Shown piece by piece: positions 1 through 13,163 of a stretch of 64,000 nucleotides of DNA. A program made the translations under genes and the position numbers. Source of the DNA: Glycera tridactyla. Its lineage: Eukaryota. The notes beneath the pieces were generated by a model. The model made no database searches. It worked only from the letters and a program-made list of their open reading frames with translations, and was not told where the DNA came from. The DNA lies in the NCBI GenBank assembly GCA_965644265.1, contig OZ286467.1, positions 71,858,001-71,922,000 of the forward strand. The letters run 5' to 3'. Numbering within the stretch: position 1 is the stretch's first letter; each line of letters begins with the position of its first letter.

Positions 1-358
1 AGAAGGCAAATGTTTTATCCCACATCCCTTCTCCATCTTGATTCAGGATGATTCAGTCAAACCTGTTTTAAGCATGCAGCCAAGGGTAGATATACAAGTA
101 CATGTTTAGAACTGGTGCATGCACGAAACTTGTGAAATAAAATGAAAATACTCTGGTTGGATGAATATAGCATGGTTGCTTAAGTAAGGTTCTCCACAGT
201 ACATTGTATGCATTACAACAGGTGCTACAGTACTTTGATCAAATTTAAAGATCCTTATTCTATTTGTATGTCAGGAATCCATTCAGTATTTAGTGTTTTT
301 TCTGTGAATTGGATTCTTTGGTGAAAAAAAATATGGATTGATTGTGAATATATATATA

Positions 359-511
359 CAGTAAAACCTGTCTTGGGAGACCGCCCCGAATGCCAACAAA
401 AAGTGGTCTGAAGGTATATTTGACTTTGTCAAATAGAGAAGAGCAGATAAAGAGCGGTCTCATTAGAGGGTGGTCTCCCAAAAGAGAGGTCTCCCAAGAC
501 AGGTTTCACTG
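359..511. mobile_element. TA-flanked pogo/Tc1-like MITE (type copy of a family with over 25 copies in the window)
   Basis: TA-CAGTAAAACCTGTC...GACAGGTTTCACTG-TA with internal GAGACC/GGTCTC repeats. Relatives at about 2181, 2800, 7420, 9205, 10950, 17356, 21582, 24046, 24436, 24537, 30606, 31446, 37981, 38329, 39465, 40700, 40912, 44242, 45317, 57193, 60206, 60770, 61021. Confidence 0.85.
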
Positions 512-537
512 TAACATTTTATTCTCTTGGCTTTCAG

Positions 538-668
538 GGACAATTCAACTTGAAGCACATTCAGGATGCGCCGACAGACAAAGCAGATCCTCGCATTACG
601 TCAGACAAAGAAAGACAGAAAGCTCTGAAGAAAAGATGCAAGAAGTTACGTCAGAGAATGACACAAAG
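538..668 (+). CDS. SCAPER: SCAPER exon ([44 protein letters not shown])
   Basis: tttcag acceptor, AG/gtaagt donor; phase 2 end joins 12548. Confidence 0.93.
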
Positions 669-777
669 GTAAGTGTTAGATTATTAGTGAATGTGATCAT
701 ATGATGTCCAGCTATTCATTATAGGTTTTGAAAAAAGATCTGCTTCTACACTGTTTACCTCCATTCTGACTGAACTA

Positions 778-920
778 GGGTTGGGTGGGGTGGGTGAGTG
801 GAGGTGCAGTGGGGGTTGGGGTGGGCTGGGGTGGGTGTGATGGCTGCCACACCAACCCACCAACCACACCACACCACCAACCACCCCACCCACCCACCCA
901 CACCGCCCTCACTGCTGCAC
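778..920. repeat. G-rich (GGGT) tract followed by a complementary C-rich (ACCC) tract
   Basis: gggtggggtggg...gtgggtgtg / cacaccaaccc...cccaccc. Confidence 0.7.
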
Positions 921-1532
921 ATAACACATTTTCTCTTACCACCAAATTAAAATCGTTTGCGTCGTCTGCTGGGCGTCTGCATGTAAGGGGTCAAGGTCGA
1001 ATCCACGATTTCATCAAATCTCGTCGCGGATTGTGCCAAGGTGATTCCGCGAGATTTCACGAATAATTCCGCCATTTTCGCAAATGCGATGACATACAAT
1101 TATAATCTGTCTCCATCTTCTTTAATAACACCCATCCAGTTGAAATATATACACACATAGCTCCGTAAGAAGTTGATCTTTCGAATGGTGGTGATAATTT
1201 TGCTGAAAAACGTAGCATTTGGTCAGATTTCGTCTTTAATTTTATTAACAAATGGTGCCTAGAAACGATGATGATGATAGAAAGTGATCTCGTCTGGCGC
1301 AAGAGCAAGACGTGACTCAACGAACCAAGCTGGCGGATGTGTTTTTCTTTCACAAAAATATTAGACGTTCTTGCTGAATATTCGTCGTGTAATGCTGGAT
1401 TTATAGGAATTTGTATGCATTTTGATTGCCGGCCAGTCAGGCCGACAGAAAGGTGATTTCTGCAGAAATTCCCGGTCCGACGTATATTTTGAACGCTGTG
1501 AAAATTCATCAAAGATATTCTGCTTATTATGG

Positions 1533-1563
<31 letters not shown>

Positions 1564-3363
1564 TAGGTAGTTTTGAGAGATCATACTCCCCATTTGAATA
1601 TCCTACATGGTGGTTGATGAGTGAGGAGGGTGTTATGTATCACTAGCAGTAAGCCATATAAAAGATGGGAAGGAGATAAGAGATACAATTAACACCCCGT
1701 CGACAATGTGCTGCACCTTGTCAGGCAGCCACTATTCATATCTAATCTGCGTCCATACTGCTACAATCAACGCCACCACCATCACTGTCTTACCTATCCT
1801 CATTGTTCAGCCATCTAGGCTAGAGCATGCATATAATCAAACAGAAGTGAAGAGAATTTGAGTCTGTCGATCTTTCTACTGTTACAATCCAATGTGTGAC
1901 CCTGCAAGGTGACAATTGACACTGATCATGGCATCGAGAGATCACCAGCTCCAAGAGATCATCCAGGGAATGTCATATTTGAAATAGCTTATTTGAGTGT
2001 GTAAGACTGGTATTGTAGGCGACAGCAGAGAATAGGACATTCTTGGATAGCCTGGGGAAAAAAACTATTAGAATTACCCTGGCGGAATTGGGCATCTAAC
2101 CAAGGCTTGTCTCATCAATGGTCATCTGAGTGATAAATTAGAATTCTATTGTCAAGCATGTACCATCATTAGGCAGAATACAGTTAAACCTGTGATGAGA
2201 GACTGCCCTAAATGTCACCAAAATGTGGTCTCAAAAGAGGGGGTCTCTTGTCAGAGGGCTGCCCTGAGACAGTGGTATTCCATCAGAGGTGGTCTCATTG
2301 TGGGGTCTCTCATTGCTGGTTTTACCCTATTTTGAATGACTATGACTACAATCTACAAAACTGAAAGGGGTCTATTTTTCCAAGTATTTTGGCCAACGAT
2401 ATTCCTTTTTTTTTGTGCATGGCACATTTTGACATGTAACTACTTATGCGTGGATATATTTTTGGTTTATGGTCATAGTATATCGATGCTACAAAAAGGT
2501 AGTTGTGCGACTGATATTTTTTCAATCAATAAAGTTAATTCTGTTACCTCTGTATCCGAGATGCCAGCATGTCTCAGGCAGAAATGCCAACCATTTTTAT
2601 TTTGGAGTAATGATAACTCTTTCTGAGCCATAATTTGGAATTTCACACATAACATAACTCCAGAGAATCGAGACTCCTCTTATTTGAGCTTTGCAAATAC
2701 TGCCATCATTACTCTTAAAAATGACTAATCATTACTAATTTTGAATATCAAAAGTTGGCGTCCCTGTTCTTGTTGGATGTGAAACAGTAGTTGAGAGTAC
2801 AGTCAAACCTGTCTATGAAGACCACCTTCAATTGTGTTGAAATGTGGCCTTTGCAGGCAAGTAGCCTTTATAGAGAGATCATTCACCGTTGAATATACTA
2901 TCACCCTCACAGCTAAGGGTGGCCTTGATAGGCAAGTGGTCTCTATAGAGAAGTAGTCTCTTGAGCAGGTTCCACTGTATTCTGTGTTGCCATGGTCGTG
3001 GACTGCTCTAATGCCCAGCGGATGCTGCAGTATGAAACTGATGGTGTGGGTGGATGGTGTGGATGAGTGGCTGGATGGTGTGGGTGAGTGCGTGGATGGT
3101 GTATATGAGGTTTGAAGGTATTCTGGCTGAAGTGGTAGAGTGGGTGGTGATGGCGCTGTCCAGCGTAGAGAGAGCGAGAAACAGCGGATGACAAGTGAGC
3201 CGGCGGTATTCATGTTTTATGAGAGCTGCACGCAGATGGTCCACGCCCCCTTTTAGTGACTGTGTACTCGATGAATAATGGATGGACATGTGGTGGACGG
3301 ATGGACGCATCCAGTAGAGAGAGAGAAAGTGTGTGTGTGTGTTATATACCTGACTTTCTTATT

Positions 3364-3366
<3 letters not shown>

Positions 3367-3421
<55 letters not shown>

Positions 3422-4200
3422 CATACATGCATATCCATACATGGGTGGATTCACATGTACTCAGACATGCACAAGCACATACACTCACATGCGCACACAT
3501 ACACATGCATGGAGTCACATGTACTCAGACATGCACAAGCACATACACTCACACGCGCACACATACACACACATGGAGTCACATGTACTCAGATATGCAC
3601 TAACACATACACTCACATGCGCACACATACACACACATGGAGTCACATGTACTCAGACATGCACAAACACATACACTCACATGCGCATACATACACACGC
3701 ATGGAGTCACATGTACTCAGACATGCACAAACATATACTATCACATGCGCACACATACACATGCATGGAGTCACATGTACTCAGACATGCACAAACACAT
3801 ACACTCACATGCGCACACATACACACGCATGGAGTCACATGTACTCAGACATGCACAAACACATACACTCACATGCACACACATACACACACATGGAGTC
3901 ACATGTACTCAGAAATGCACAAACACATACACTCGCATGTGCACACATACACACGCATGGAGTCACATGTACTCAGACATGCACAAACACATACACTCAC
4001 ATGCGCACACATACTCACGCATGGAGTCACATGTACTCAGACATGCACAAACACATACACTCACATGCGCACACATACACATGCATGGAGTCACATGTAC
4101 TCAGACATGCACAAACACATACACTCACGTGCACACATACACACACATGGAGTCACATGTACTCAGACATGCACAAACTCATACACTCACATGCACGCAC
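3367..4200. repeat. (CA)n microsatellite followed by about 12 copies of a 64-bp tandem unit
   Basis: Unit catggagtcacatgtactcagacatgcacaaacacatacactcacatgcgcacacatacacacg, recurring at 3508, 3572 and onward. Confidence 0.95.
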
Positions 4201-4976
4201 ATGGTTTCAGGTTCTCCATCGTCATGTGCTCAAGGTTTGTGTAAGTGATTCCTACAGGGGACAGAACAGGAACACATGGGATACATATCCTCTGGGTTGA
4301 TTCATGCCATCGAACCCCAAGCAAAGCAAACTCAATCAAATCACATTGAAGTGTGGTTTATCACAGCAGGTACCATCACTGCTTTTGTTTCAATCAGAGG
4401 ATAATACACCTGGGCCGTAGCTGCAGGCGTTATGCTTTCTGCTTGGCATGACTTGAAACAAACATAGTTTTATGACCTAATGCCAGTTATAGCAGTTGCA
4501 CACATTGAGTGTCAGAATACTAGGCTTTCGTGATGCACTAATCAATTACATTTATCTAGTGTAGTCTTTCACAATCTGGCGTTCCACGCTGAAGCCGCAG
4601 CAGCAGCTTCCTTACAGCATACTAAGCCAGGGGGTATGCTCTGCAGGTTTCAGACACTATTGCCTAGACTGATAAATGTGATGGTCGATTAATCGGACTT
4701 GGTTCAATGATCGATCAAATAATCGTAGTTCAGACTCACCAGGCTCACCTCACAATGCCAAAAGTTTGCAAGTGAAATCATAACTTTGTACCCGTATTTA
4801 GTGTTGATAAATACATTGAAAAATTATCAGACTGGCCATAACACTTCGATAACATGTTTGATTTTTATTGTCATTCGGGCACTTGCTGAAATATTCAGCT
4901 TAGAATCAGGTGGTTTGTGAGATAACAAATGTATGCTGATGATGATGAGATTTTCTACAGTTATTCCATACATGTA

Positions 4977-5972
4977 CCATATATACTCACATATAAGCCT
5001 TCTCCGCGTATAAGTCGGGGGTACGATTTCGCCTCTAAAAGTTGGGATTAAGTCAATTATTCAGATATAAGCCTCCCCTTGATTCTGCTGAGTGAACACA
5101 GTGACGAGTGCCGTGATACATCAAAGACAGGCAGAGAAGTCAATTCGCGACTTACCCCGGCTATTGTTTGTTCGTTTCGCGCCTCCACACTTCAATGATT
5201 CACGGGTACAATCCATGTTGAGGCGATCTCCGCCTCTAAAAACAAGTGAGCATGTATATCGCGATATAAACAAAAGGCTGGCTCCTCCAACATCAATTTG
5301 GGCGCCATTGTTATGTCATGTGACAAGGCTGAAGACCCAGATGTACGAATCAAAATACCTAATTCGCATACAGCCTTGACCTCATCACCTTGCTCGAGAT
5401 GGCGGAACATTCTCGTGTTGTTTTCATCACGTTTATGGCGAAATCGACAATCATCAAACTTGCCATTAGATTCTATATTCATGCTATGGGACTATTAATT
5501 CACATCCGGCAAGTAATTTTGGCGTTTTGAGAGCGATCGCTAGTGATGAAAAAGATCGTTTTCAGCATCAGTCTTCAACCAGTTTGTCAACCGGCAAGTG
5601 TTTCGCAATGGCGTCTGTATTTGTGTCTGATCCCGTGTTGTAAAAGTTTCAATTTCTCAAGAACCACATGATGAATCGACCAAAATATTATGGCATGATA
5701 AATGAAACAATATTGCTGACAAATGGTCCGTACCGCTAAACTTTTTTTCGGCCGGGAACCTTGTTAAATTTGATGACATTTGTACGTGTTTCCGTTGGTA
5801 TCTTTCAACATCCAAGACGGCGGGGCCGCTAGCGAAGCCCTTGCCCGCTCACGGCTATTCGTTCACGTTGATATTTTTCTCTGACGAAATGTATACTCGC
5901 GTATAAGCCGCCCCCCTCTTTTGCCCTGATTTTTTGTCGTCAAAAAATGGGCTTATATGCTAGTATATACGG
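4977..5972. mobile_element. Non-autonomous Tc1/mariner (Tc2/pogo-like) element
   Basis: TA-CCATATATACTCACATATAAGCC...GGCTTATATGCTAGTATATACGG-TA; CpG-rich non-coding interior. Confidence 0.85.
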
Positions 5973-6617
5973 TACTAGAAATCCTGTGTGATGGATTCAG
6001 TTGCACCTATAAGCGGCACAAAAATCGATTTAACAGGGTAATCATTGAAGTACTTTTAGATACACTAGCATCTCAGGTTACTGAAGTACATGACTTTAGC
6101 GGAACTATGTTCTATCTACATATCTGCCTGAGAAAGTTCCTATAGATGTTTCCTTTTCTTTTGCAAATTTCATGGGCCAGCGTGCTCTTCAGATCAGAAG
6201 AGCTACTTTTAATCTTCCATAAGGTTTACCCATCCTGTCTAGTCCACATCCTTTCTAGTCCACAGCTTGTATTTCTGAGCTGTGAGTTATTCAAAATCAA
6301 CTTGGTCATACTCCGGCACGTCCAACCTTTTTTGCCTGTGCTTGAAGACATATAAAGTTTAGAATGGGCACAAGGAACCCTATGTGATGTGCTCAAAATG
6401 TACATGTATTTCAGGAAATTTTAAAAATCAAACATTTTGTGGAATATATAAATGTGAAACAGCATCAGTGTGCCTGATAGGCCCATCTATCTTCCCCTAG
6501 TTAAAAAAATCCCTCCATGTCTCATCATCCCCCAGTCATGTCTTCACTCCATTTCATGGGAAACTAAATAATGAAAGCAAGGAACATTTGAAGTGGAGTT
6601 CAAATGTTTTTGAAATG

Positions 6618-6662
6618 ATCACAACGTTTCAACTGCTCTGCTAGCAATCTTGGTCAAGTGAT
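6618..6662 (-). ncRNA. Minimal type I hammerhead-ribozyme-like motif with non-canonical core (Penelope/retrozyme-type relic)
   Basis: Minus strand: atcac-TTGACCAA-gattgct-agcag-agcagtt-GAAA-cg-TT-gtgat. 5-bp stem I, 7-bp stem II, palindromic ACGT stem III. Confidence 0.5.
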
Positions 6663-8531
6663 GTGAATATGAGCTCGGTTTGAATCATCTCGGAATCGAG
6701 AAGAATTTGCAACTGAAATTTCAATGATTTTTGGTCGATTTTCATACGATTCGCCAATGTAGGGGTTGTGAGGTGTGCAGTGACTGTAGAATGAAGGTGA
6801 TGTATTCACCGATGCTGTGACCGGGGCTAATCGAAGAAGTCAACAAATCCATCGTACAAATGTCCCCGATGATGCTCGCGGCCCTCTAGTCAACGAGCGC
6901 CATTGTTCACTCTAATGGAGCCCGACCATTAATGCCCAAGGGTCGTATATTTGCACTGACCTCAGTCCTCGATCACGAATTATTATCATTGATCAAGTCG
7001 CGGTTGAATAATGGGTGACAGCAGAGAAGAGTTTGTTTGGTTTTTCTTTGTGTTATTTGTATTTTTGGTGAATGCTATAGCTATGAAATTAGTAGGTTGG
7101 AATAGCGGAACCATCGAGATGAAAAAATAAATAAATTTTTCCATTTTTCATGATTGGGTAGAATCCATGCTGAATAATCTTAATTCACTTTCACTCTCTT
7201 TACATTTGGCCGGTTGTTCTGGAATAATTGTCACTGAGTGATAATAGTGTCTAAGTGCAGGTGTGTGTGTTTGGGTGAGGGGGGGGGGGGGGCTTTCCAT
7301 TCCTATATTTCATGGATGTGATTGTTTCGCATATGTTGGGATTTGAATTGTTAAAAAGAACTGGATGGAAATGGGCTCCACCCATTCTTTCAGCGTTCTT
7401 ATGATTGCATCCCAGTAAACAGTCAAACCTCTCTATCGAAACCACCTTTGTCCGCATAAAAAAAATGGCCTTTATAGGGAGGTGGTCTTTTGAAAGGTCA
7501 TTCACTGTTAAAAGTACTACCACAGTCACAGCTCAGGGTGGCCTGCACAGAGAGGTGGTCTTTAGAGGGGGTTCAACTGTATTTTCCATTGACATTTACT
7601 GGGTGAATCCTTGGACCTTGCAAATAGTTCGGTAGGGGTTCCTGTAGGATGAAAAATATTTCCTCGGAAGTAGATGTTCATATATTGAAAATTCCACACT
7701 TTTAGGTATACTTGTCACAACTATGATTTTGTCCAAAAAAATGATTTCGGACTTTTTTCATGATGATGGCTTTCTTTCGGTTTTAGTGGGGGGTGAATTG
7801 AAGTTGATTTCTAGATGTTAACAAGACTTGAGGCTGTCAAATGCCTTTTTCCCTGTTTTTTTCACAATACAGCAGAACCTGCCATGAGAGAACTCCCAAC
7901 AAGAGACCAAGAGACCATTCGCCTCTTGGGCAAGCTCTATTTGCCTTTTGAGCAAGCTCTACCAAATGATTTTCCCAGCCTGAATACTTTTCACCACTGC
8001 TGGTAGTGATTGGGTAAATCTGAGGCTTAAATGATAGTGAGTTGGAATTTTCGGATCACTTTCTTGAGCAGTCCGTCTCTCAGATAGGAGAAAAAAGATG
8101 GCAGTTGTTGGATATTGTTGGTGGCATGACCCATGAAAACACGCGGGAGGACGAGTAATTGGTGACACGGGATCGGTGACATCTGCTGGCTGGGGATAAT
8201 AACAGTCTCGTTCTCGTCCCTCGGGCTTACGCTACATCCATGCGGCTTGTTTTTATTTAATAATCGCTCTTGTTTTGGCACGGTGAACATCTCCGTGGAG
8301 GGCGTTCTCCCATTCAATATTAACCATGTACAAGCCGGGACAATTCCCAGCGAGCTACTCCAAAGCTGTTTTAGCTAATGCTGCCATTAGTGAGGTCATA
8401 TGTGTGGTCGACTCCTTCTATACCACAACTGTAGAAACCTCTCATGGATAGTTTTGTGTGTGTGTGTTTAGGGTTTGTGCAAGTGATGGCTGCAGGTGAC
8501 CAAAGATCTAGCTTTCATTGATCAGGACCAC

Positions 8532-8745
8532 CAGTGTTGGCTCTGAGGTATGGCTGAAGTGAGACATTTGTCTCGCCACTATCCAAAATATGAGACAATT
8601 TACACAAACATGAAACAATTGTTACAAGTGTTTGCTTTGGAGTCTGACTGAAGTGAGACATTTGTCTCACCACTTTTCAAAATGTGAGATGTTACCCTCA
8701 AATGTGAGACATATGTCTCTAAATCTCACCTGATATCCAACACTC
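8532..8745. mobile_element. CAGTGTTGG-ended MITE with internal GAGACA/TGTCTC repeats (sibling at 38539-38740)
   Basis: Imperfect TIR CAGTGTTGG...CCAACACT; close homologue at 38539. Confidence 0.75.
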
Positions 8746-9530
8746 CGAACACATGTTGATATTCGCTGTTAAATGTCGATCAATCGATCAATCAATCGAT
8801 AGCTTGTGGTTTGGTACCTTATAATAAATGACATGTGAATTGGTGATCAAAAATGGGTATACATTGATATCTGTTGCACAGATGCCAATAGTTATGATTT
8901 TGGAGTAGCAAATACCTGTACTTTTTTCAGGGCAAAATATTTGCATCTGATGGCTGATGCTACTCTACAAAATCAAGGCTTTTCTTATTATTCAATTACA
9001 AATACAGGCATTACTACTATTCAAAATTAGTGAAGAATTTGTCCATCACAGGTTGGCATCCATGCTATCGAGTATCGTTAGTGAATTTCTTGACTTTGGT
9101 CTGCTGCAAAGGAATCAAGGAAGAATTGTGACAACTATTTTTCCATATTCCATTTTACTGTTCAGTACATTGGGAATGATGATAGGTTGCTTACTAGCCA
9201 ACTACAGGGAGACCTGCGACAAGAGACTGCCTGAAATGTCACCAAAAAGTGGTATCTCAAAAGAGGTGGTCTCGTGAGAGGATCATTTTGACTCTGAAAT
9301 AGGAAAGTTGCCCTGAAGAAGTGGTCTCCCATCGGAGGTGGTCTTGTTGGGAGGTTTCTCATCAGAGATTTCACTACAATGAATAAATATTCAATACACT
9401 GACTGACATGTCAGAGAATACTGCCCTACAGTATATTTACACTGAATGAGGTGAGATAAAGAAACCATCTGTTTGGAAGACCCATTTGATTCTTAGCCCC
9501 CAAATTATCAAATGTGTTTCATAAGTGATT

Positions 9531-9731
9531 CAGGGCTCCACTGGCTCAAGCAGGCAGGTTTATTGTTAGGGCAGGTGATCCAATCAGTCTGCCTGCCTTA
9601 TGGGCAGGTACCTAATTATTATTTAGTTTATATATGCCTGAGGGCAGGTGAAAATGACAGGGAGGGCAAGTGAAAATCACTCCTCACCTGCCCAAAGAAC
9701 AACTGAAGAAACAAATAAATGTAGAGCCCTG
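9531..9731. mobile_element. hAT-like MITE, 5-bp TSD TGATT
   Basis: tgatt-CAGGGCTCCAC...GTAGAGCCCTG-tgatt. Confidence 0.85.
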
Positions 9732-10202
9732 TGATTCAGTGATGTATTTTCACCAGAATGATGATGCATCCCAGGGACCCCAACTGACTGTTCAGAGTGG
9801 GTCCTGTGATGCATCATGTGAGTCCTGATTTGGATACATGTAATAGGGTACCAGAAATGCATTCCATACCACATGACCATTTCATCCACAAATCGATTTC
9901 AACATCACAGATCACCAAAGTGCATGGGAACTGCCTGATCATTTTGCATCTCAGTGACTCATCCCTGACTTGACTGATGAGTCCTCCTTCATTTAGAGTG
10001 CATGAAATAAGTAGGATGCGCCCAAAAATGCCTCACTGGTGATTGTGCATACAGTGAAACCTGCCGTGAATATCTGGTGATGGAGCTACAAATGTAGTAA
10101 GCATTATTTTACTGAGCAGGTGCTCTCCAACTTCTCAGTACAGAAGAGTCAGTTGGTGGCCAGGGTGTGAGGACCTCCGGGACCGCTGTGTGAAGTACAT
10201 GC

Positions 10203-10554
10203 CTGGGTTCCCTCTACTAAGAAGAACCTTTTAGCAAATGATTTTAGCAAAACGGAAATAATTTTAGCAATTCAGAAAGCCCTTTGTTGGAATCCACAAG
10301 CATTTCATTGAATCAGCTCCCTAAAATGGAAAATTATTGGTATTCTTATTCCAAAATTAGTTTCTATTGCATTTCTCTCATGAAAACAAACGAAATTAAT
10401 GAAAATTCTTTCAGAATAACCCACCACCATCACATTTCTGCAATCAGGATTGAAAATTACTTTAGCAAATTATTTTGGCAAATTTGATTTTTTTTTAGCA
10501 TTTGACCTGACGGATTAGCTATAGCTAAAGCGCTAATCTATAGAGGGAACCCTG
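10203..10554. mobile_element. hAT-like MITE with TTAGCAAA repeats, 5-bp TSD CATGC
   Basis: catgc-CTGGGTTCCCTCTA...TAGAGGGAACCCTG-catgc; siblings at 22360-24029 and about 42125-42439. Confidence 0.85.
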
Positions 10555-11555
10555 CATGCTCTTAGGAAGATTGCTCATGTGTTTTGATTAACATCACATT
10601 TGTGGCCAGGGCACAGATTAACGCTCTTACACCCAGAACGGTGTTTTAACCAGGGAACTGTGAGTTTTATATATGGAGAAGGGTTTGTCTGAACTGAGGA
10701 CTGGAGTGCTTTCTCTATTGCAGGGTTATCATGAGATAAAAGATGACAGCACACTCTCTCAGCACAATGATCACAGGCCTGCTGATGTGGTCATCGTGTT
10801 GTATAAGTGTGGTGTCTTATTTTTATGCCCTTTAAAATGAAGTTTGAAGGAGGTATATATTGCAGTCACTCTGTCGGTTGTATCCCAAACATCATGGGAC
10901 TTTCATAGTCACTCACATGGCAGATAACTTGGAATTCACATCTAGATTACAGTGAAACCTGTGACGAGAGGCCCCGACGAGAGACCACCTCCAATTGGAG
11001 ACCGCTTTTTCAAGGCAGCTTTTCTATTCAACTAAGTCAAATATACCTCCGACGACAGACCACCTCTTTTGAGAGACTGCTTTTTGGTGACATGATTTAG
11101 GTTGGTCTTTCATCCCAGGTTTCAATGTGGATGATTATTTGCAGATATCCTGCTTTCAAGATGGCCTCGTTTTTTTATCTTTTTTGGACATTCACAGATT
11201 CAGGAGCATGGATTTATTCCTGGGAGAGTGGATCTTACAATCTGCTTTCCTGATGTGAGAGTGGCTGAAAAAGTTTTTCCATGAAGACTGATGTGATGAT
11301 TGCAGTGGGGTTAATGACAAATTTAAGCATGTTAGCGAGATGTATTAGGTTAGGCTGTTGATGGGCCATCAATACGTGAGTTCTGTTACATTTGGGGTGG
11401 CCGCATGGTGAGACTTTCATTTCCCCGTGGAGTTGAATTGAGATACCCCCTTCTTCTGCATCACCACCGCACATTTCACACTCAGCAGCTATCATTACTG
11501 GCATCGCCTACTTTCTGCATCTCTCCGTCCCTGCTTTCGCCAATTTCCATACTTT

Positions 11556-11724
11556 CAATATAATACAATACAATTTATCAATAGACTCAGGCATTCTATG
11601 CCTATATATGCATGTCTAATTTTAAAAATCAACATCAAGAAGGTCATTTCAGTTGTATTTGAGTCGGTTGTCCTCCCAAAAGGTATCCAGACGATTCTTG
11701 GAAGCCTCGACCGATGCCGCCCAT
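11556..11724 (-). mobile_element. Severely 5'-truncated CR1/L2-group LINE 3' end
   Basis: Minus frame AASVEASKNRLDTFWEDNRLKYN* resembles the CR1 ORF2 C-terminus; 3' hairpin AGGCA-TAGAA-TGCCT and (ATTGT)n-like tail. Confidence 0.65.
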
Positions 11725-12323
11725 AAAACATCCTTAGGGCTCGTAGCATGAAGAATTTTGTGAGATGTATCCTGAGATTTTGTTACGATGAAGCTCCACA
11801 GTACTTATTATTATTATTGAAAGTCGAAGCTTTCAGAATTCACTCAGCTATTCTCATTAGAAAGTGGCTCCTGGGATGAATTGGTGTTGGTGGCATGTGA
11901 TCTGCAAATGTTAGCTAGATCACATGACTGGAGAAACTCCCAATGTATCAATGGGATGATGTGCTGGCCCCAGTCCTTGCTCAGTTCTGGAGATGTACAC
12001 GTTTGTGCTGGGTCTGACAGCATCTGACAACTACTGCTATTCAGGCTCCCGAATTTCATTGTTTGGAGCCAGGGAGAATGTTTTTTGCTGGGAACAAAGC
12101 ATTCAGCTTTCCATGCATCTGGAATACCACATACATAATCTAGGGTTGCATCTTATTCTTCATTTAGATAAGTGGAAGACAGCATTTTTACAGAGACAAC
12201 TTATATAATTCCAAAGGTCAAGACTTGTTTGACCACAGCCAACCGACCAGCCAACCAGCCCCTCAGCGAATCCATCCACTAGCCTACCATCCTTGCAATT
12301 TGTTCATGCAGTTTCATTCATAG

Positions 12324-12440
12324 ATAGATTCATGCAGATTTGATTCACAAATAGATTCATGCAGATTTGATTCACAAATAGATTCATGCAGATTTGATTC
12401 ATAAATAAATTCATGCAGATTTGATTCACAAATAGATTCA
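12324..12440. repeat. 27-bp tandem repeat, about 4.3 copies
   Basis: Unit atagattcatgcagatttgattcacaa. Confidence 0.9.
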
Positions 12441-12547
12441 AATTTGCTCACTACCAAAGCTGACGCGCAACTTGTCAGTCAAAGTGAATGAGCAGGTGCT
12501 TCAAGTACTCGATTTTATATCATGATGTTTCCTCTTTTTGTTTGCAG

Positions 12548-12613
12548 GGGTGGAGAGTATGAGAACTCGCTGGCAGGAAAACAGCAGTTACTGGAATCAG
12601 AACACAGAGCCAA
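12548..12613 (+). CDS. SCAPER: SCAPER exon (R-GGEYENSLAGKQQLLESEHRA-K)
   Basis: tttgcag acceptor, AA/gtaagt donor; 66 nt, phases fit both neighbours. Confidence 0.9.
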
Positions 12614-12972
12614 GTAAGTAAATTATGATTTCTTTCCTCACCAAACCCAAATCAATTCTTTTTCACCCTTGATGTTATGGAATTCTGAACTTCCAGGATG
12701 AAATTTCTCCAGGCATTTGCACTGCTTGATGAAAATTCAAAGTGTTGGAAAGGGATATATATATATTTTTTCTTTTACTTAGTTACCAGTGCACTGACCA
12801 CAATTGTAAGTTTTCCTGCCAACAATGTTTGGATGACGATATACGTGTCCCAAGGTCAAAGCCTCCAACAATCAATCCTACGCAACTCAATTCAATTAAT
12901 TCAAAAATCGTATTATGTATAGATTTGTATATCTCTGTCTTTAATTGATCTCTTCATTCAGTGATCCCATTG

Positions 12973-13163
12973 TAGAGATGCCAGACATTATGATTTTGGA
13001 GTGATGATTGCTCTCTTTGAGCCAAAATTTTAGTATTTCACATGTAACATTACGTCAGGAATTTTATGATCCTTGTATTTGATCATTGCAAAAACTGCCA
13101 TCATTACTCTGAAAAAAAATTGGCGTCATTACTGATTTTGGTTGTCAAAAGTTCGCATCCCTG
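12973..13163. mobile_element. hAT-like MITE, 5-bp TSD CATTG
   Basis: cattg-TAGAGATGC...GCATCCCTG-cattg; older relatives at about 2580-2765, 8878 and 36700-36860. Confidence 0.8.

Noticed and set aside
3256-4300. Long His/Thr-rich ORFs (up to 340 aa)
   Set aside because: Open in several frames because of the (CA)n/64-bp array; no splice or domain support
9961-10020. CTGATGAGTCC...GAAA hammerhead-like core
   Set aside because: Stem II does not close and there is no room for stem I
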